From positions 6,143,525 through 6,207,524 of the forward strand of contig CM119268.1 in NCBI GenBank assembly GCA_051294375.1: a stretch of DNA of 64,000 nt. Reading direction: 5' to 3'. Below are positions 1-14,900 of the stretch, one piece after another; position 1 is the first letter of the stretch; each line of letters begins with the position of its first letter. The notes below the pieces were generated by a model. That model saw only the letters and a list, made by a program, of their open reading frames with translations. It searched no databases and was not told the origin of the DNA. The translations under genes and the position numbers were made by a program. Source of the DNA: Paraspadella gotoi. Lineage: Eukaryota > Animalia > Chaetognatha.

Positions 1-197
1 CCAGATGCTGCCGCTGTGAGTCGTAGGCTGCGTCGGGCTGCGGATCCTGAGTTCCGTCGCCCTCCTGCACCGTCTGCTGCAACTCCTAATGCAGAGAATG
101 CGGCGGAGAGTGCTGCAGCGTGAAGATGACGAAAGTGATGACGTCACGACTCGTCAAACGAGAGAAGATTTTGTTTCCGGTCAAGCGGAAATGGAAA

Positions 198-269
<72 letters not shown>

Positions 270-372
270 TTTTTCGTTTGCGTCTTAGTAAAAATTGTCT
301 GATTCGCTTTTTACATAACTAGGCGTCAATCTTTTTAACATGATGCCTTCTTATTCTTATTAAAATAGACTT

Positions 373-445
<73 letters not shown>

Positions 446-1798
446 TACACCCTCTCTCGTTCCCTATTTACATTTTCACCTCTCACTCCCTCATCTCTCC
501 GCGTCCATCTTATTTTCACAAATGTGGGGGCGGATGTGAGTTTCACTCTCACCGATCGTGACTCTCACAACGTCACTATCTCCTCCTCCTCCTCTTCTTC
601 TTTCTCTTTTCTCGTCTCTTCTTTTCTACTAAAAAAAATTAATTAAAATCAAAGAATCAAAGTTTAAATGTTAGTTTCATTTGTGCTAAACTAAACAATG
701 AGGCCTCGGAGATGAATTTCTTGACAGGCCGTTGTCAAGGCCGGTCTCATTCCTCCTTCTCCTCCTCTTCCTCTCCTCCTCCTCCTCCACCTCCTGCATC
801 AATGGTCTGGCAGCGTTTTCTTGCTGCCTCCACTCTCGACACAGACGACGAACGACGACGACGACGACGACGACGACGGCCATATTGAGCCACGAAGGCA
901 AATTTCATTTTCATGGAATTTTTTTCCCTTTTTTCTCCGCCGCCGTAGACAACGATGACCCAAAAAAAAAAGCGGATCCGATTCCATTCTTGGTTCTGAT
1001 TCCATCTGATGATTGTTAACGACTTTAAAAAAAGATTCCGATTTTAGTTAACAAAAAAAAATGGAGGAAAGACTAAGAGATTCCTATCACAACCTGGACG
1101 GTCGTTTTGTTGTCGTCAATAAGCATACGACGACAACAACAACGACAACCGAGATTTAAAAACAACAAATTATTCCGTCTTAATTCTTAATACTAAGAAA
1201 TTTTTAGACAAAATTGGTTCCCAGGGAATTCTTTTCTATTATTTTACAAATATTTTATCACATTTCCTTTTCAGATAATGACGCGATATGCAGACCATTA
1301 GTAAAAAACTTGAATTATTTAGCCACTCATATAACCGTATTCAACTATAGAATAAAAAACAGTAGAACAATAAAAACGACACCATTTGCTTGCCCGACCC
1401 CGAAGAAAAACGCCCAACGCCGGTTTAAACTACAATTATTTCCATTAGATCTGGTCAGTCTTTTGTATATGGTAACAACATATACTAGTATATATATTTT
1501 AGCTAATAAGTATGTATCATATATTATATAAAATGTATCTTTAAATAATGCGTTTTTTCATATAAAGAATGCTCCTTTGATATTTATTTATTATTTATTA
1601 TTTATTTTAGATATTTTCTATTTATATATAGTCGTTTATTCATCTTAATTTATTCAATTATGTATCTATTTATTTTTTTTAGTTATAATTAAGAACAAAA
1701 AAATCATTTATTTCATTATTATTTATATAAATTTATTATTTTAAACAATTTTTTTTCGCTTAAAGGAGCAACGTGCGTCTCCTATCCAAGGGTAAAAG

Positions 1799-2954
1799 AT
1801 GTCCGAGGCTCAACCAGCGGCTAATGGAGAAGGAGAAAATGGAGCGCCGGCCGGACCGCAGCCTGCACAACAGTCCAAGCGCCTCCAACAAACCCAAGCA
1901 CAGGTTAGGAGAGTGAACCAAGAACAGGCCAGGGAGAGAATATGGCAGTGAACCAAGCAGAGGTAAGGGAAAAGAATAGGGGAGTGAACCAAGAATAGGT
2001 GAGGGAGAGAATAGGGTAGTGAACCAATCACAGGCGAGGAAAGAGAACAGGGCAGTGAACCAAGCAAAGGTAAGGGAAAATAATTGGGACTTGTAGCCCA
2101 ATCGGTCCCTCAAACATTAGCTTTTATGACCCCTTATTCTCCCAAAGCGTTTCATTTCAGATAAATTTCAAAATTATTTGTAAGTTAAAAGTTTAGATCA
2201 GTGGTTGTCGTTAGGGATTAAGTTGGGGATAATAGAGAGTTATGTAAAAGATTATTATTTAACATTAAATCATAACGGTTTACTTTAATGTTTACAAACA
2301 ACGAATTTTTTTTAAAGACATTTTCGGCTTTGATACGAGCCTTCTTCAGCGCAAAACAGAGTTGTATGTTTCGTGCCGAAAGAGGATTGTATCAAAGTCG
2401 AGACTTGTCCATTTTAAAAAAAATATAACCATTTGTTTGTGAACATTAAAAGTAAATCTCTCCATTCTAATCAAACGTAATAAAACAAAAAAATAAACAT
2501 AATCATTAATCAATAAATCAATTTAATATCAAAGATAAAATCAAGTTTAAAGAACAAAGAATAACGGGCAAAAATGGGACGCTTTCGGGAAATAGTTTCC
2601 AAATGGTTGAAATCATAAAGTTTTTTGGCTCGACTTTAATCTACCCGATTTCCTCCTTCCTCCACGCACCCCCAAACCTCGCCAACACCCCTCCCCAAAA
2701 AAAACAACGCATCTCAGGTGGACGAGGTGGTGGACATCATGAGAGTCAACATCGACAAGGTGTTGGAGCGCGATCAGAAACTCTCAGAGTTGGACGACAG
2801 AGCGGAAGCACTGCAGATGGGCGCCTCTCAGTTCGAGGCGTCGGCGGGGAAGTTGAAGTCCAAGTTTTGGTGGAAGAACATGAAGATGATGATCATCATG
2901 GGAGTCGTTGGCCTGGCGCTGGCAGGCGTTTTGGCCGCCTGGTACTACGGATGA
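1799..2954 (+). CDS. VAMP: Synaptobrevin / VAMP1-2-3-type R-SNARE, two coding exons (1799-1903, 2718-2954), 113 aa
   Basis: Exon 1 gives [35 protein letters not shown] and ends cag|gttagg. Exon 2 follows tctcag| and gives [54 protein letters not shown] plus a C-terminal TM helix. The phase-0 join yields the canonical [24 protein letters not shown] motif with the R layer (VLERDQ). Confidence 0.96.
1895..2090 (+). repeat. ~35-36-bp intronic minisatellite (about 5 units) repeating the VAMP exon-1 end and donor site
   Basis: Units of agtgaaccaag(c/a)anag-g(t/c)(a/g)aggga(g/a)agaatagggc start at ~1911, 1947, 1983, 2018 and 2054. Confidence 0.85.
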
Positions 2955-5259
2955 GGAGGAGGAGGAGGAGGAGGAGGAGCGGAGGAGGGTATAGAGGGAG
3001 ACAGGGAGACTTCAAGAGATTACCTTTTGTTTTTTGTTTTTTTTTAGTTTTGAAAATTTCTTAAAAAGATTAGAGATATATTTAATTTTTTTTAAATCTA
3101 ATATAAAAATTCGGTTTTTATTTATGAGTAGACTGTTTTTTTTTAGACCAGAATGATCAATGTAAAGGAGAAAATTTTTTTTTAAATTGTTCTTTTAGTT
3201 TTAATACAAATTTTTTTTTAATTTGAACGTAGGAACACAAATTTATATTTTTTTATTGGCTTAAAAAATATTTGTCGACTCACTAATATATTTTTCGAAG
3301 AGCTCTTAAATTTTGATATATGACGTTTGGTCATTTGTGAAAAGTAGTGTCTTTTTTTCTCGTTTTGTTACGATCAAATTTTTCACTAAAAAAAATTTTT
3401 GAGTCCGAGATTGAGAACGAAAACAATTTTTTGATATTCTAATATCAAAACGAATTAAAGCCACTGTAAAAATATGCAAATATAGAAATGAGATAATTTT
3501 TATTCTCCTGTTTTCAAGGTGACTAAAATTCCAGCAAAAATCTAGTCTTATTTAAACATTTGCGTTAAAAAGTGATTAAAGTGCAGTAGGTGTCTCTTTT
3601 TTTGCAATCGAAAAAAAGGAGAAAATACAACTGTGTTGGTTTGTAATTGATGATCCTTGATTCAATGTGTAAAATCACGATTCTGTCATATAGATTTTGG
3701 AATACAATAAGTATATTATGGGAACCGACCAAGTTTTTAATTCTTCCATAAACGTCAAAGTTAACAAAAGCCAAACTAATTATGAGAATGGAATTCCAAA
3801 ATTTCTATGACACCATGAGGATGGTGCACATTATTTCACAATTCAACTTGGGAGCTGCTTTTTGTGTTGTGCTAAATTGATTATGTAGATTTGGAAATTG
3901 TATCATTAATTTCACAAAGCAAAGCAAATGAACTTATCGGTAGCTTTTTCAAATTTGTTTAAAGAAACTAACATGAAACCTTGCTTAGTAGATATCATCA
4001 ACTGTAATTATTATAAAACAAGGTTTTTCAATTAAATTGCACATTTAAGTTATTGTTTTTGTTCACTTTTTGGAGTAATAATTATGTATATCTTTTATTG
4101 AATACCGTGCCTAATTTAAATAAGTAAATAATCAAGGCAATCGATTTTTTTTAGTTTTATGCTACCCTTATCTTTCATATATTGAAATCTATCACACAGA
4201 TGTGTTTTTTAAGATTGATATCATATCATATGTCAAATTCTAGTGAGGAGAAAATGTAAGAAATTACGTACTAGGCAAATATGAGATAATTTTTAGTTAA
4301 GTAAATCCTGTAATTAATTTATTTAAGAGAAATTGTGCCTCCGCCATAAATGTTAACTCCTCTTAAAGTAAAGTTTTACTCATATTTTTCTTTATAAGTT
4401 TTATTGTAATCAAGATCTTGCAAACATCCTAATCATTAAATGGAAAAGATCTTTTTTCAAATTTTCAAACCCAATGTTTACACATGATTTTTTATAAGCT
4501 ATGTTTGGTTTTATGTTCACATTTTTTTGTTTTTTGACTTAGTGCGTGTTTCATACTAAATTTTGATAAATTACTATACCAATAACATAAATTTTAATAG
4601 TCATCAATAGTATCATTACAATTTTTATTCATCTCCTTCGATTTACATAGCAGTATATAAAACTGTGTGATTTGTTACTGTAAGCTGTTTGAGTGAACTA
4701 TCAATTAAACTTAAAAGAATATAATATACATAGCATATATGCCGAACCTGGGTTTGAAACTCATTAAAAATGTATATTTAGTCACTGAGTAATTTATTTT
4801 GTCTTTGATTGAATTACCAAGATCTGCAGTTCAGAATTGAGCATCGTGTAGTAATTAGTTCAAAAAGCATGACAGATACGTACAGAGAGAACATATAAAA
4901 TTAAAACAATTGTCCCTATATATATGTGTAATTACAATTAAGTTTTCTTTTAACAATAATGGATAATAGGCTGAAACCAAGAGTCACCTTTCGCGAGCGC
5001 AGTATATTTCGAGATGTAACTCATGTGCCTCCGATTATCTCTAACAAGTCTTGCAGTCACCTCCAGTCCGTCTATCGGATAATTTCTAAATAACTATAAG
5101 TAAAAAAAAAGTATTCTACATATTTGTTCATCCGTAATAATCTTCTTCAGTTGTGAAAACATTTTTTTTTATCCGATAGTAAAAATAGGCAATACGAATT
5201 AACAAATAAACTAGTGATTTTTATAAACCAAATTTGTTTAATAAGTCAATATTTTTAGT

Positions 5260-5393
5260 GGATAGGATTCGTGAAAAGTTGCAAACAAAGGTACAACATG
5301 AAAGAAACAGACTAGTAATGCAACGCTTCAACAAATGGACAATGCAATGGGAAAGTGCAAGGGACAAAGTAAAAATGATAGAAGCCCTTCAGA
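5260..5393 (+). CDS. Possible internal exon of an unidentified gene (helical, charged peptide)
   Basis: tttttag| acceptor, then an open frame DRIREKLQTKVQHERNRLVMQRFNKWTMQWESARDKVKMIEALQ, then ag|gtcaat. No family recognised. Confidence 0.3.
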
Positions 5394-5970
5394 GGTCAAT
5401 TATTTATTGTTTCTCCTCTTTTTATATAAATCAGATAATGATAAGATATACTGATAAAGCAATTTATTTTTTCGTGGTGCTCTCGTAACTATTGGTTGAA
5501 ATTATTTTTTTCATAATATTAGGTTATGATAATCTTTATTCTTTAAATTACTAATAATTTTCTTTAGTACACTTTTTTGTGACTGACTGATGGTACTGCT
5601 GAACAACTCAGTAGGTTATTTTAAGGGCACCAAAGCTCAGTCTTTTAAAAATCATTTGTCATTAAAGATAAAATACTTAAAAGTCGAATATGAGTTTTAT
5701 CAATTGTCTTTACTTTATGTAGTATATATTTTATATATTCTTTGCAAAAATTATATCATTTGGCAAGAACACTTTCACTGAAAATTTATTAATTGATAAT
5801 ATTATATGGAGTAGTTATGGTAAAATACTTTGTATTTCAAAATATTATATGGTTTTGAAAGTTTTTTTTAGCTTATGCTATTTTTTTTCGAATATTGAAG
5901 AAAAAATTTGTTGCCAGCCAGGCACACCTTGATTTTTTTTAAAATTTTATAACTTTTTAACTGAGTAATT

Positions 5971-8900
5971 TTAACTTTTAGAATCTACATTAATTACATC
6001 AGTACTGGATAAGTGGGAAGAGCCAAATATAAACTTTTCATTGAGGTGTCGTTTGACCATCAACTGTGAATCTTCAGCTTTTGAATAGCTGTTGTTTTCT
6101 ATTTGGTTCTTTTGATTCAAACTTGATGATGATGATGATGATGAAGACATTGACATCATGAGCCTCTCTGGCTCCTGTTGCTTGTGGGTTTTCATGTGAG
6201 CCGATCGACTTCGGATTTTGGCAAAAACCCTTAAAAAAATTATCTAATGTATTGTCAAAAATATTATAGAGAGAGATTTATTTAATTCTTACTTGCCACA
6301 TATTTTACAGGGAAATTCTCCGTTCATTTGTGTTGCGGTAACTTGCTGAGACTGAAAAAAAAATTGCATAAAATCCAAACTAAATGTGTGTAAATAAAAC
6401 TGAAAAAAAACTCAAGAAAGTTTTTATGATTAATTGTTGAAAATAAGCCAACATAGAAAACGGCTTAATATCGTGACATATTCTCATATCCAATTACATT
6501 TGATTGTTCTCTACAATTTCAATTTCTATTTCAATTTCAACCTACTTGAGCATTAAAGATCTCAGACGATTGAGCAGAAATCCAATTTGCTCCTTGAGTG
6601 TTGCATGGACCTCCATGAACACGGACGTGACCACACAGAGCTTGGTGGGATGGGAATATCTGAAAAGATCACATTTTGGTAAGAAACCAATTGGTAGGTC
6701 TGAGAATTATTTCATAGCTTTAAGTATTGAATGAGATACTACTGTAGAAACATACAGCAGTGCATCCCGGAAAATTGCAGACATGATTTTCCTCATTATC
6801 CTTTTCATTGGCATCATCTTCTTCATCATCTTCCATGTCTCCCTGAAGGAAGTTTTAAAAAAATTAATTTTTAAGATCAATATCATGATGAACGTATAAC
6901 ATCTATTTCAATATATTAAGGATATAGTATCTCGATAGACAGATTTAGGAACCCAAAATTGTAATAATTGTAATATCTTCATAAACGCATATCTACTAAA
7001 CCATTTTGCTTTATAATCATGAAGTGGTATATTTCTTATATAAAAAGAAAAAGAACTTAGGAAAAAAAGGTACAACAAAAGAGATAGTCCACAAAAATTC
7101 CAAAAAACTAGAAACTCCATATAATGTAGAACTAATCAAGTATATCATTGCATAACTCATATCATCAGGCCCATAAAGTCATTTTTCTAGATAAATTGTA
7201 ACAAAAAACCATTAGTTAATATGTTCAGTATATTAATATTATTGGGATATTGCACTTAAAATTGAATCAGGAATCAAAGACCTGAGCTTCACTTGAGACG
7301 TCAATTGAAGAGAATCCACCGAAAGAGGAAGCGGCACCTAAAGATGAAGCAGCGCCTAAAGAGGAAGCGTTTCCTAAAGATGATGGGGCTCCTAAAGATG
7401 AAGCAGCACCAGGAGAGAGAGATGCCGCTTTTTGATGTTCCTGTGAAAAAAATTATTCAAAAATATCTGTATATGGGTATTAGATTTCAATTTTCTTAAT
7501 TTAAATAGCTTATTTTTTGGATATTTGATAAATTTTCTTGACAATTTAATTTTTCTTTCTGCTATTTTTTACCTGGGCCGCTCTGGATCTCAAGTTGTAG
7601 AGTAGATCGTCTTGTTCTCTTTTCTTTCTGATAATCCTTAGCCGCTTGTACTCATCAGGACAGACTTTCTTCCACAAGTAGTAAAACTCCACACACTGTT
7701 TAACAGTTTTTCTCTGTTTCATCTCTTTCCCTGGTTTGAAAAAGGTAAATTGGATGTATGGAATATATGAAATTAATAATAAACTAAGAAAGTACCAATT
7801 TTGAAAAAATCCTTATCAAATTTCATGAGCGCTTGATGATACGCTTCAATATCTTCAGCGGTCCAAACATCAGTTTCAGGATACTTGTAATCCAATAATG
7901 GGTGACCCTTTTTGAAAAGTTGAAAGAGTAAAATCTAAAATATTTGATTATGGTACTCACTTATATTACCTGCGGCAATTTCGGATTCTTTACCATCAAC
8001 GCTAAAATGGCCTTCTCGAGATCGCCATTGCATAGTTGCAGAATGTGCAGGGCATATTCTTTATTGCATGATCCCCCTTTAACCGCAGCAGAGCAAGCTA
8101 GATCTAAAAAATTTCCTATGTCAGTTTCACTCAAACTATTGCAGCTATCCGGATGAAACAACAAGTCCTCGGGTGATTTGAAACATTCCTGTTTCTGAAA
8201 AAAACGAATTGAAAAAATGTATTAACTTAATTAAAACAATTTTTTCATGCTTTGATTTAATAATTAAATAATTAAATAATTACAAACTCATATGAATCAT
8301 ACCTTTTCCTCATCTTTCTTTTCATTTCCATTTAGGACGTCTGGACAGAGAGCTTGATACTTAATTCCAATATTGATGTGTGGTTCTATGTCAGTTTCAG
8401 GTGGAAGATCATCAAGATAACATTTGGCTGAGGAAGAAAAAGAAGAAAGAAAATGATACAGAAAGCTTCATATTATAAAATGTAGTACCCCTTTTTTGTG
8501 TCCAGAATTTGTTCCCACCAAACTACCCAATCGAATTTAATAAAATTTTACATTTAGAGTGCTAATGACTATATAAATGGAACTATCTAGTCGAATTTTG
8601 ATATTCAACCCCTGACAAGAGATACAGGGCCCTGGGGATGGACCCCTGGGGGGCCAAAAAATGCTAATTTTTTTTTTAAATTTTTTTAGTAGCATCAGGT
8701 GCATTGACGTTTTAAACATAAGAAAAAAACATTTTACAACTAAAATTGATAAATTTGCAATAATTAAGCATGGTTGAAGATGCATGGTTCATCGTTTTAC
8801 TTCCAATTTTCCCAAATTATTCCAAATCTGACTTTCACTGCTGATATTCATGAAGCTAAAAATTAAGGTAAATGAATATTTTTGAGGTAATAAATACGTT

Positions 8901-11900
8901 TTTGTGGAAGAGTAAAAACGTCTGTGCAACTATTTAAAACAAAAATATCCATGGTATATCCTTTCTTTTCGTTGTTGTATAGAGATTTACAAAGAATTTT
9001 GAATTGTTACAACGATTTTATTATTAATAAGTTGCAGACATGTTTCGACTCAGAGATTTTTGATAATAATAATAAAAATTAAAAAAAAATTTGAAAAAAT
9101 TGTTTGACCATTTGTGGCCCTCAGGGGCTGCCCCCTCAGGGCCCCTTATCTCAGCTTAGGGGTGGAATGTAAAAATTCGCCTGGATAGTTCCATTTGTAT
9201 CACTACTGGTACTCCGCATGCAAAAATTCATTAAATTCTATTCAGTAGTTTTCTCGGAACGTGTTCTGGTCACAAAAAAGGGGTACCACATTTTATAATA
9301 TGAAGCCTTCTGTATATGAATGGAGTACGTTATATTCCTTTGCAAAATAGTGCAAAATTGAGAGATGACGCAAACATTAGTAATTACCCGAGGTGATTAG
9401 GTCCTCAGCTTCCGCACTGTTTACTGATCCAGAGTAGGAGATGGTAGATGCGTTCGATAGCGGTCGGCCAATAGGAATTTGACCTGAGTAAAAGAAGAGC
9501 CTCAATAATGATATTGTTTCATTATCATTCTATTATACAGATTGTTAGAAAAAAGATATTGGAATTCTTATAATCTATAATGATAATATAATAATTACTT
9601 AAATATAACTTGATTAATCTTGCCTGTGGCGCCAGGCCAACTGGCCCCGATTCCTCCAATCCCAGATTGAGAAGCAGACATACTCCCGGCAAATCTTGGA
9701 AAAACTGGCGCTGACTTTGGGGTGATTGGAGTTGAGGAAACATTCCAAAAAAGGCCGGACCCTTTGAGAATTACAAATGATAGTTGAGCGAATATCTTTC
9801 TCTAGTAAAATGGTGATTTTTACGATCTATCTACTCTCATTACTGAAAATTTACCTGATCTTATGGGACTCAACATTGGAGGTGGCGTATATGGAGGGGG
9901 CGGTGGCCGTCCGTCTTGAGTGGCATTTACATCCCCGCCGGCGCCAGCTGCCCCCATACCTGCGCCTGTAGCAAAACCTTCTGAGGCAGCGGAGTTGTTT
10001 GCTTTCAAAAAAAACATTTAGGACCAAAAGTTAATTTAAATGTACAGAACTTTAAGAATTTAAAATGAATTTAAAATTTAATATGAATCTAAAACATATC
10101 GATTTGGGAAACAGTGCTAATTTTATTTAGACCATGCATTCAAACCATTTTGCTGGTTCATTATTCAAGGCCAGAGAAATTGTGGTGAGGTAAAAAATTA
10201 TTTACAAATAAGAGAAGGTGAGAGGAAGAGGAGGAGACTCAGAGAGAGAGAAAGAGAGAGAGAGAGAAACTTTCAACCAAAAAGGGATTAATCCCTCATC
10301 CCCCCTCCCTCCTCTTCCTCTCACCTTCTCTTATTTGTAAATAATTTTTTACCTCACCACAATTTCTCTGGCCTTGAATAATGAACCAGCAAAATGGTTT
10401 GAATGCATGGTCTAAATAAAATTAGCACTGTTTCCCAAATCGATGTTTTTCTTTATCAAACTACTCGGTGCATGAGATGACACTTAACAATCAATCTAAA
10501 ACATGTTTTGCAACTAACAAATTCTATTCCAACTTTGTTAACCATAGCACCAGCGGTCGCAGCTCTGGTTGAAAATTTGCAGATTTAAGAATTACAAACA
10601 GATCCCGCCAAAGAAAGGCCTAAAACATTTTTGACTCAAGCTTTATTGTAACATTTAATGATTTAATCTTTCAAGATAGTATGCAAAGCTTAGGCTTGCT
10701 TTCTCTGCTTTTTGTTACATGTCCTACATCTGCAATATCTTAAATATAGCAACCTGCAGAGCAGCTGCCGATGCTGCTGCTGGCAGCGCCTCCGCTCCAA
10801 ATCCTCGGCGATCTGAGACGAGATTGGAAGGCGAGAGAATTGACGTTGGAGGGAATGTGAAGAGATGGAGGACGGTGTTTTCGCTTCAAGCCTGAAATAC
10901 GAAAAACAGTAACAGCTTGAAAGAGTAAAAGAGGTTACAGGGATGGATTGTGCAAAATAATGTTGGGAAACGTCCTTGAGTATCAATTAAAAATGAGCAA
11001 ATAAAGTAAAAGTTTGTCATGTACAAAACACAAACATAGCTGATATATTTCAAAAGTCACCTATTGTCGTGGGCGACACAAAGACGTCAGGTTCCCCACT
11101 ATTTTCTCTTTTTCTATCACAGGATATTTGGGATGGCGTCAGGGATGACAAAGCTGATGGTGACGACAAGGTTATTGACTGCGTCGCTAATGACGATGAC
11201 TGAGACATTGTTTCATTTTGGCTCCTGTCATTATTGGCTCTAACCATTGGTCTTTCCCGAGATTCTATTGTCTGTTTCTCCTCCAATTTTACTATCTTCT
11301 CTTCTGACACTTGGATTTCATTTTTCTGTTTTACTTTATTACTTGGGTTTCCTTCAGTCGAGAAAAAATTCTGTGATGGAATGGTTTTGGAATGCGTTGT
11401 GCGATTAGGCGTCAAGAATCTGTTGTTGGTTTCTTCTCCATCAGCCTCAAAGATTAAAGGTGATTCAAAGTCAACTGGTTCTGGAATCGAGACAAGATTT
11501 TCAATGGCGTCGCTTTCTGCGTCCGTCTCCATCATGAATGATTTGACTGCGGGAGGCAATGAGGCCGAAGTTATTGGTGGAGGAAGTGAAGGAGGAGGAA
11601 GAGGCAGACAAGATTCGGTATCCGCATGAGACTGGGCCTTTTCATCTCCAACAAGATCAGCTGACAATATAAGGATAAATTTGATGTATCAAGACTTTGT
11701 CTTTAATTTCAAATAAGAATAAATTTTTAAAAAATTGAAGTATTATTTGATTATCATGAAATTCTAAAATGAAATAGGTTATCTTCAAAACAGTTTAAAG
11801 TTGTACATTGTTCATAAACTGAAAGATGCAAACTCTAAATGAAGAAATTAGTACAACCCAAGTTACAAAAAAAAATATAAAAAAAGAATGTTGAAAATTA

Positions 11901-14900
11901 AATTTGAAAATAGAAACTATATATATAATATAAGAGATATGCATTCAGGAGTTATTCTATGTACAATCGTTTTACTCGACTTAAAAATTCAGTTCAAGTT
12001 ACCTTTTCGTGGCTTAGAATTGTTGCCCATCAACAACTGCTGCAGTTGAGAACTACAAACTTCAGATCCTTTTTGTGAAGGTGACGATGACTTTTGTTTG
12101 AATCGATTTACTTGTGTTTGAGTATCATTGTGTAGCAAGGGTTTTTTATCAGACATATACGGTGCAGATCCTGAAATCGAGGAATCATGAAATGCCTTGT
12201 GATCAGGCAACGAATTCACAGGAATGGATGTCGCAAATCCTAAATCGGGTTTGTGGTCAGAAGTGGAATGGAGCGCTCCGGATCTAAAGACAACTGGAGA
12301 AAGCTTGGTGTCGGGTGTGGAACAGATGGGTACAGACGATGAGACAAGTGAAAAGGATTTGTCAGACATGGAAGCGACTGAACCAGAGGTAAAGATATTA
12401 GGTTTTTGGTCAACACGAAGTTCGGAAATTCGGCTGACTCCAAAGACTTGATTCTGTTGTCCGTTGTTGTTGCCATCGGGAGAAACAGGAACGCGTTGCC
12501 TAAGTGGTTGTATGAGAGCGTTTTCTTCTCTATGTTGATCCTCCTATGAGAGAATAAACATTTGTCCTCTGATAAATCCACAAAAAAAGTTGAAAATGTC
12601 ATATAAAATTAGAATTAAGCTTTCTTATTGTGATAAATTTTTTAGTAACATAATTTTGATAAAAAATCAAAAACCTTTTTCACGAATCCACGGTGAAGTC
12701 TCATGTGTCCGTGAAGAGCGGTTGCTGTAGGAAAAGTCTTCTCGCACAGTGTACACTCCAGCGCGGTAAACATTGAATTAGTCCACACTGGTTTGTTTAA
12801 TTTAACATTTATAAAAAATTTATAGATTACAAAAAATTAGATGATGTAATTACTTGAATTAGTTGGCGCTGAGTCCAACTGTTTCGAGCCAAAAGGGTGA
12901 GTTATTGCCTGGATATAAATTTTTATTTAGTTATTAAATTAAATTTGTATTTAGATTTTAGTTAATAAATTAACTTTAACAGTTTTAACTAACCTCTGTA
13001 TTGGAGGCTGGAATCGACTGCAATGAGGTTGGGATAACTGATACGACTGGTTGTTGTTGTGGCTTTTGTTGTTGTTGTCTCTGTTGTTGTTGATCTCTGG
13101 CAAATTCTTCAAGCGGTTGGGCGGTCACAGGAAACTGGAATTTGTCTGGAATTTCAACAAATATCTGATATCATTATAATCATTCTCATTAATTATTATC
13201 ATTGATATATATTTGTCGTCATTTCAATTTGATTTGAATTGTACAGTATTTATCAATGTTTTTTTTATTTTAACTATCTGTAGTACCTGTAGAATTGGTG
13301 GGCAATTGAGAGTTAAGTGTTGTAGATATGTAGCTTGCTGAAGAATTTTGCTTCAATGGTACTATAAGACATGAATAAATATTTAATATTTATTTTGCTT
13401 TACTCATAATTTGTAGTATTAATTATCAAATTTAAGAATAAAAATTAAAGATTATCAGTATTAACTTTTTCCATACTTGAATTTGATGCATTAGATTGAG
13501 GTGATGGTGACAGTGTGAACGAAGACGACGACGACGTTGTCTGCATATTTTGCAACAAACAAGAACTCGATTCTACTCCAATTCGGCTAACAATTGCACC
13601 GGGGGTTGCATCGCCACCCCCAAAATCTTGATCCGGATCTCTGCTGAACCCGAGATTCCCACCAACAACGTTTTGCTAAAATCAAAACGTAAGAGTTTGT
13701 GATGGATTTTTAAGGAAATATAGCAAACATGTTTTGATGCATTACTATTATCTAAAATGCGTAGTTAAAATTGCGTACAACCAACCGTTTGAAAAATAGT
13801 CTCTGGTCTGGAAAGTGCAGCGGACGAATGCGTCATGGAACCTTGATTAAGGACGTCACTTTTGGACGTAAAGACAAAACTGTTGGGCTTTTGGCCAATG
13901 TACATGACTGGCGAGAGAGATGCTGATGGAAAAGGTTTTAAAGAGAAAATGACAGTACATTAAACGCAAGAGTAAAAAGGCATATTAAGATCTAGAGAAT
14001 TATAAATTTTAAGGCTTATTTATGATTTACAAAAATAAGCTTGTCAGAAAAATATACGGAGGCAAAACTAAATTTTACCCCAGATATTAAAAATGATTAA
14101 AACAATTTTAGAGAACAACAGTTAAAAATTTTAAAAAATGTGAATTAATGGTCTTTAAATCAAAAAATTTAAATAAAGTTATTTTACCAAATCTTAGGTT
14201 TTTATATTAATTTTTTAATACAAGTTGTAAGTTGATTATTAAATATCAAGGCTCTTATCAAGCATTTACAACCCACTGCTGTACTACTACCTGAAATAGA
14301 ATTACTGGCGAAAGGTTGCTGTTGATTGTAGCTGTATGAAGGGGGAGCATTAGGACGCGAGATAGCCACTCCATAAAATTCTTCATGACCCTAGAAAAAA
14401 GGAGAGTTGGAATAAAAAATAACAATAAAAGCCTAAGGAATAACTGCTGACTCTACTGTCTTCCTTTCAACATGGCAAAGGCAAAGAGCAAAGGTCCATT
14501 GAAGAGGCCAAAAGCAAAGACAAAGGCAAGGCTCAATGAAAGAGACCAAACAGCAAACAACATAAGCCTACCATGGAAAGTGGTCGCAAGTGCAAAGGTT
14601 TCCCAATGACTTTGTCCTTCGTCACCAGTCAATTTTGCCGAATCGACTGGAAGACGCCAAATCCGGTTTTTTCGCGTGATAAGCCTTTGTAATATTTTAA
14701 ATCAATATTTTTGGTCAAGTATAAGTATAGTATAGGAAAATATAGTGAGATTGTATTAATAATTGACTATATGTGACAAGAAAACCAACTTATGGAAGTC
14801 GGGACATGAAAGAAACGATGATAATTAAGCTCACCTGTTTGGCGTTTTTACGGACGAGAGGTGGTGGAATGGCGCCACCTTGTGTTTGCGCTTGTCTGAA

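Noticed and set aside
1-1020. ORFs 89-322, 686-901, 732-1019 and 799-1005
   Set aside because: GC-rich patches may be exons, but several frames are open because of microsatellites and no motif or consistent splice pattern fixes strand or frame.
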